Source: the human T2T-CHM13v2.0 reference genome, Homo sapiens | Strand: one strand, 5' to 3' | DNA: 64,000 bases | Assembly (NCBI RefSeq): GCF_009914755.1 | Contig: NC_060938.1 | Shown here: piece by piece, positions 58,039-64,000 of the stretch | Layout of the letters: each line of letters starts with the position of its first letter | How positions within the stretch are numbered: the first letter of the stretch is position 1 | The notes under the pieces: model-generated | What the model was told of the DNA's origin: nothing | The model's input: the letters and a program-made list of their open reading frames with translations, nothing else | Databases searched by the model: none | Position numbers and translations under genes: made by a program

Positions 58039-60329
58039 ATTTACAATAAACAGGTGAACTAAGGTTCAAATTCATACAAATTCATTTTAAAACAAAACAA
58101 AACAAAAGCATCTATGCCCTTGCCAGAACAAACGTAAGAATTTTGATATAAACTGAATGTAATCTGCCTCTGACTTTGGCACTGAAAGTTTTAACTCTAC
58201 TAAATGTAGGTAATTTTGATCTCCTGTTGAGACATTTTTCTCTATTTTTACACTTAATCTTGAGAAGAGCCATTGTCATAGATAAAAATTTAAAAGTTAA
58301 ACAACATAGATTTTTGCCTTGAGACAAAATACTGATTTTTTTCTCTTAAGTTATTTTCATAATATCACATAATAAAAGCACTTTTTCATTGAGAATATTA
58401 TGATGTGTTTTATTTTTTATTTGAGAGTCACTGTAATAAAAATATGTCATAAAATTACAATTTGAGTTACTACTCAGACACAAAATTAAAGAGTGTTTAT
58501 ACTGAATCTTTAAAGACTCCTCAAATCTTACTTGATAAGTTTATTTATAACAATGCTTCCTGGAGATGCACGACTTACTTTAGAAAGTTTGACTTGGATC
58601 ATGATCTTTTGACCAAATGTGATGTGGTAATATTATATAAAGTAAAATTCTAACTTGCAACTTACTGCAGTTTTTTTCCCACTTCTGCGATGACTTGCCT
58701 TATTACAGTTTCTCCATATTATCAACTTATTGATATACTTTAGATAGTGGAATTGATTTTCAGCAGCCAATCTTTTCCCTCTTACATTATTTATTATTTC
58801 ACAAATTCAGTTGAGATGAGAGAAAATCGTTTCACTTGACTTGTACATAGACTAACCTCATTTTCAGGACATTGTACAGTATAATTTTGCTATTTATTCA
58901 GATGACTAAAATATTGAGCATGAAGATTACTCATAATGAAAATGATGAATAAATAAAATCCCTATTTGATGGTACACAATATTGAAACTCTGGGTACATC
59001 TCATTATGAGAAACAAAATCTACCAATAGTCCAGACTAAAAATTTGATTAATTTCCAAGGTAAGAAATATAAAGTTAATTCCTGCTAACACTAACACAGA
59101 AAATGTGAATAAAGGTTTTCAAAAACTTTTTTAATAAAAGAAGCATTTCTGTAGTTAAGGTGATTAAGAAGAAATGAGGTAAATGAGAACAAACTTTATG
59201 AATCAGGAGAAAAATAATCATTTGTAAAAAAAAAATCTTCAAATGCAGTCATCTTATGCTAAACTCTGCTCATATTTTTGTTCAGTAAACAAGCAATATT
59301 ATATGCAAATTGTTATGTAGTTAACATTTTTGGAAATTTAATTATAATGAAAAGAGTTTGGGGTTGTTTTGAAAGACATAAATTGAGTCTTTATTCAAAT
59401 ACCAACTACATGATTGTAGGCATGGCATATGTTCTAGATCATGGATTTTCATCTGCAAATTGGGGAAGCTAATTTCTTTTTAAGATTATGTCCCAGTACA
59501 TTATTGCTTATTGTATATATTTTGCAGTATTGCCTAATTCCTTGTGCCTGAGTTTATTGTATAAATTACTGAGGGCCAAAATGAAGTTGTAAACCAACAT
59601 TGAAAAAAGAAGCACACTAAAATCAAATAGTAGGCTGAAAAATAACTGGTTTAAATTTCATCCAGATGTGTCTGCTCATATGTCATTCAAAATCTTCAGC
59701 CAATTATTATTTACATTTAAAAAATGCAAATGATATCTGCTAGTACATTGGGAGTTTTACTATTACAACATTTAATAATCTTCTGTGAAGGTAAAACAAA
59801 ATTGGAATGTAAAATAAGAATATTAAGGCCTGTTTCACTCAAAAATCTATAGGAGTGACACTTTTGATCTTACCAAATCTTATGTTTTGGTCCCATTGAG
59901 GACTATCACAGATTTGAAATGATTTAGAAGCATCCTTGATCAATGAACTATTTACTGTGCACTTAAATATAGTAGCTACCATGGAGAAATGTACCAGAAC
60001 TTATGGGATTTTTGTTATTGTTTGGTGTCTTCACTTGGGTGCCATCAAAAGTAGTGGCTGAGATGAGGTCTTAGGTGTGAGCTGGTTACTTATGAGGAAA
60101 ACACAGAAAGTTAGAAAATGGAAATAGGGAAAATGCGATGGAGGGAAATCCAGTATAATGTTGCAATACATTGCATTTTCAAGGTGGCTGATTTACAGTA
60201 CATGGACTCAATTCAAAAAATATGTTTCTCTTGAGAAACATAAACAGATGTTTATGTAAAAGATAGGAGACCAGATTACTTAGTTAGGGCCCACAAGGTC
60301 CTGTGTCTCAAATTATTGAGATTTCTTAT

Positions 60330-60900
60330 AACAGAAATGATATTTCCATCTTGGTTCTTTTATATTACCTAAGAATATATCCTGGAGGTTACTGCATATT
60401 TGTATCAAGAAATTCTGCCTCATTTGTTTTTATATTCCTCCATGTATATGTAGCAGAGAATATTTAACAACTCCACTGCTGATGCACCTTTGAATTATTT
60501 CCAACGTCTTATGTTTACAAATGAAATCATGATAAATAGTCTTGATCATATGTCACTGTGAATTATTAACAGGTTGTATATGGGATATATTTCATGGTAA
60601 TGTCAGGTAAAGGCATAAATGTATATGCAGTTTTTCAAGATGATGTCATAGTCCCCTTCACAAAGATTTTGTTATCTTGTATTCTCACCAACCATGTGCA
60701 AAAGTGCCTATTTTGGTATAATTTTACCCACAGGGTATGTTGTTAAACTTTTGAGGTTTTTTTTTTCTATTTTTATAGATGAGAAATGGCATCACAATGT
60801 TGTTTAAATTTGTATTTTATTCATTATTATTGAAGGAGGAAAATATTTATAATGTATATTGGGATTTTCCATGTGGAATGCTTATATATTGTGCCTGCTT
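60330..60900 (-). mobile_element. L1ME 3' fragment
   Basis: Degenerate antisense L1 3' motifs (TATTCTCACCAACCATGT, TAGATGAGAAATGGCATC). Confidence 0.55.
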
Positions 60901-60919
60901 TAAGATGGTTTTTGGTCCT

Positions 60920-63900
60920 TTATTTTTATTTTTTAACTTTTATTTTAAGTTCAGGGGTACATATGCAGATTTATTATATAGGTAAACTCATGTTACGGGA
61001 GTTTGTTGTACAGATTATTTTGTCATATAGGTATTTAGCCTTGTACCCATTAGTTATTTTTCCTGATCCTCTCCCTTATCCAACCCTCCACCCTCTGATA
61101 GGCTCCAGTGTTTGTTGTTCCCCTCTATATGTCCATGTGTTCTCATAATTTAGCTCCCAGTTATAATTGAGAACTTGTGATATTTTGTTTTCTGTTCTTG
61201 CATTAGTTTGCTAAGGATAATGGCCTCCAGCTCCATCCATGTTCCTGCAACGGACATGATTTCATTATTTTTTACAGCTACATAGTATTCCATTGTGTAT
61301 GTGCCATATTTTCTTTATCCACTCTACCACTGATGGTCATTTAGGTTGATTCCATGTCTTTTCTATTGTGAATAGTGCTGCAATGAACATACACAAGCAT
61401 GTGTCATTTTGGTAGAACAATTTGTTTTCTTTTGCATATATACTCAGTAATGAGATTGCTGGATCGAATCATATTTTTGTTTTAATTTCTTTGAGAAATC
61501 TCCAAACTGTTTTCCACAGTGAATAAACTAATTTATATTCCCCTCAACAGTGTACAAGCATTCCCTTTTCTCTGCAATCTCACCAACATCTGCTTTTATC
61601 TTTTTAAAAATAGCCATTTTGACTGGTATGAGATCATATTTCATAGTGGTTTTAATTTGAATGATCAGTGATGATGAGCTTTGCTTCATATGCTTTTTGG
61701 CTCTATGTATGTCTTATTTTGAAAAGTGTCTGTTTTGCTCACTTTTAATGGGGTTTTATTTGTTTTTCCTGCAAAACTGTTTAAATTCCTTATGATGCTG
61801 GATATTAGACTTTTGTTAGATGCATAGTTGTTTGAAAAGATTTTCTCCCATTCTGTAGGTTCTCTGTTTACTTTCTTGACAGTTTATTTTGCTGTGCAAA
61901 AGTTCTTTAATTAGATCCCATTTGTCGATTTTTGTTTTTGTTGCAATTGCTTTTGGCATCTTTGTCATGAAATATTTGTCCATTCCTACGTCCTGAATGG
62001 TATTGCCTAGGTTATCTTCCACGGTTTTTATAGTTTGGGTTTTACATTTAAGTCCTTAACTCATCTTTAGCTTTTTTTTGTATATGATATAAGAAGGAGG
62101 TTCAGTTTCATTCTTCTGCATGTGGCTAGCCAGTTAACCCAGCAGTATTTATTAAATAGGGAGTCCTTTCCCATTGCTTGTTTATGTCAGCTTTAGCAGA
62201 GATCAGATAGTTGTAAGCGTTGCAGCCTTATTTCTGGGGTCTATGTTCTGTTCCATTGGTCTATGTGTCTGTTTTTGTATCAGTAGTATGTATGCTGTTT
62301 TGATTGTTGTAGAACTGTAGTATAGCATGAAGTTGGGTAGCATGATGCTTATAACTTTGTTCTTTTTGCTTAGGATTGCCTTGTCTACTGGGGCTCTTTT
62401 TTTGGTTCCATATGAATTTTAAAATAGTTTTTCCTAGTTCTGTGAAGAATGTCAATGACACTATAATAGGAATAGCATTTAATTTATGAATTGTTTTGAG
62501 CAGTATGGCCACTTTAATGATATTGATTCTTCCTATCCATAAGCACAGACTGTTTTTCTATTTGTGTCATCTCTGATTTCTTTAAGCAGCGTTTTTCAGT
62601 TCTCCTTGTAGAGATTTTTCACCTCCCTCATTAGCTGTATTCCTAGGTGTTTTATTCTTTTTGTGGAAATTGTGAATGGGTTGTGTTCCTGGTTTGGCTC
62701 TAAGCTTGGTGTTGTTGGTGTACAGGACACTAGTGATTTTTATATATTAATTTTGTATCCTGAGACTTTGCTAAAGTTGTGTATCAGCTTAAGAAGCTTT
62801 GGGCCAAGACTGTGGGGTTTTCCAGATATAGGATAATGTTGTCTGCAAACAGGGTTGGTTTGACTTCCTGTCTTCCTATTTGCATGCCTGTTCCTTCTTT
62901 CTCTTGTCTGATTCCTCTAGCCCGGTCTTCTAATACTATGTTGAATAGGAGTAGTGAGAGAGGGCATTCTTTGTCTTGTGCCAGTTTTCAAGAAGAATGC
63001 TTTCAGCTTTTGCCTGTTTGGTATGATGTTGGCTACAGGTTTGTTACAGATGGCTATTATTATTTTGAGGTATGTTCCCTCAATACTTAGTGTATTGAGG
63101 GTTTTTTATATGAAGGAGCATTGAATCTTACGGAAAGCCTTTTCTGTATCTATTGAGATAATCATGGGGTTTTCGTCTTTAGTTCCATTTATGTGATGAA
63201 TCACATTTACTGATTTGCATATGTTGAACCAACCTTGCATCCCAGGGATAAAGCCTACTTGATCGTGGTGGATGCACTTTTTGATGTGCTGCTGGATTCA
63301 GTTTGCCAGTGATCTTTTGAAGATTTTTGCATGGATGTTCATCAAGGATAATGGACTGAAGTTTTCTTGTTTCTGTTGTGTCTCTGTAAGGCTTTTATAT
63401 TACGATGATACTGGCCTCAGAGAATAAGCAGTGTATATGAGGAGTTAGAAAGGAGTTCTTTCTCCTCAAGTTTTGGAATAGTTTCTGTAGGAACGATAGT
63501 ACTTCTTCTTTGCACATCTGGTAGAATTTGGCTGTGAATCTCTCTGGTCCTGGGCTTTTTTTAGTTGGTAGGCTATTTATTACTTATTCAATTTTAGAGT
63601 TTATTATTGGTCTGTTCAGAGATTCAATTTATTCCCTGCTCAGTCTCATGAAGCTATATGTGTCAAGGAATTTATCCATTTCTTCTAGATTTTCTAGTTT
63701 ATGTGCATAGATATGTTCATACTATTCTCTTCTTGTTATTTTCATTTCTGTGGGGTCAGTTGTTACATCTCCTTTCCCCTTTGTCATTTCTACTTGGGTT
63801 TATTTGTACCTTCTCTCGTTCCTTTTTTATAAGTCTAGTTAGTGGTCTACTTGATTACTTTTTTCACAAAAACAACTCTTGGATTTGTTGATCTTTTGAA

Positions 63901-64000
63901 GGGCTTTTTGTGTCTCAATCTCCTTCACTTCAGCCCTGATTTTGAATATTTCATGTCTTATGCTAGATTTGGGGTTGGTTTTCTCTTCGTTCCCTAGTTC
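60920..64000 (-). mobile_element. L1PA13-16-like element, 3' UTR and ORF2, running off the window end
   Basis: TTTTATTTTAAGTTCAGGGGTACATATGCAG...CCTGATCCTCTCCC...GCTAAGGATAATGGCCTCCAGCTCCATCCATG; frameshifted ORF2 peptides at 61816-62022 and 62261-62512. Confidence 0.92.

Overview
Primate (most likely human or great-ape) nuclear DNA: AT-rich, CpG-poor and gene-poor, either intergenic or deep intronic. Most of the window is interspersed repeats: LINE-1 of many ages, Alu J/S/Y, MIR, L2, MaLR and ERVL LTR elements, DNA-transposon MITEs and microsatellites. No cellular protein-coding gene, RNA gene or CRISPR array can be supported, and all long ORFs are LINE-1 ORF2 remnants. I found no convincing new multi-gene system. 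The most unusual structure is a set of fold-back or template-switch junctions: a 51-bp-arm hairpin with a nested inner hairpin (37629-37735), a perfect 36-bp inverted repeat enclosing a 46-nt copy of DNA from 1.9 kb upstream (40075-40225), and a small quasi-palindrome inside an MLT2A LTR. Also present are two well-resolved twin-primed (5'-inverted) L1PA insertions with TSDs, one of which creates a 660-aa endonuclease-less RT ORF. Other items are a local ~155-bp duplication with a 59/60 core, a full-length MLT1A0 provirus, and two CpG-enriched exon-like segments near 30 kb. Repeat subfamily names come from recalled consensus diagnostics and need RepeatMasker/Dfam confirmation.
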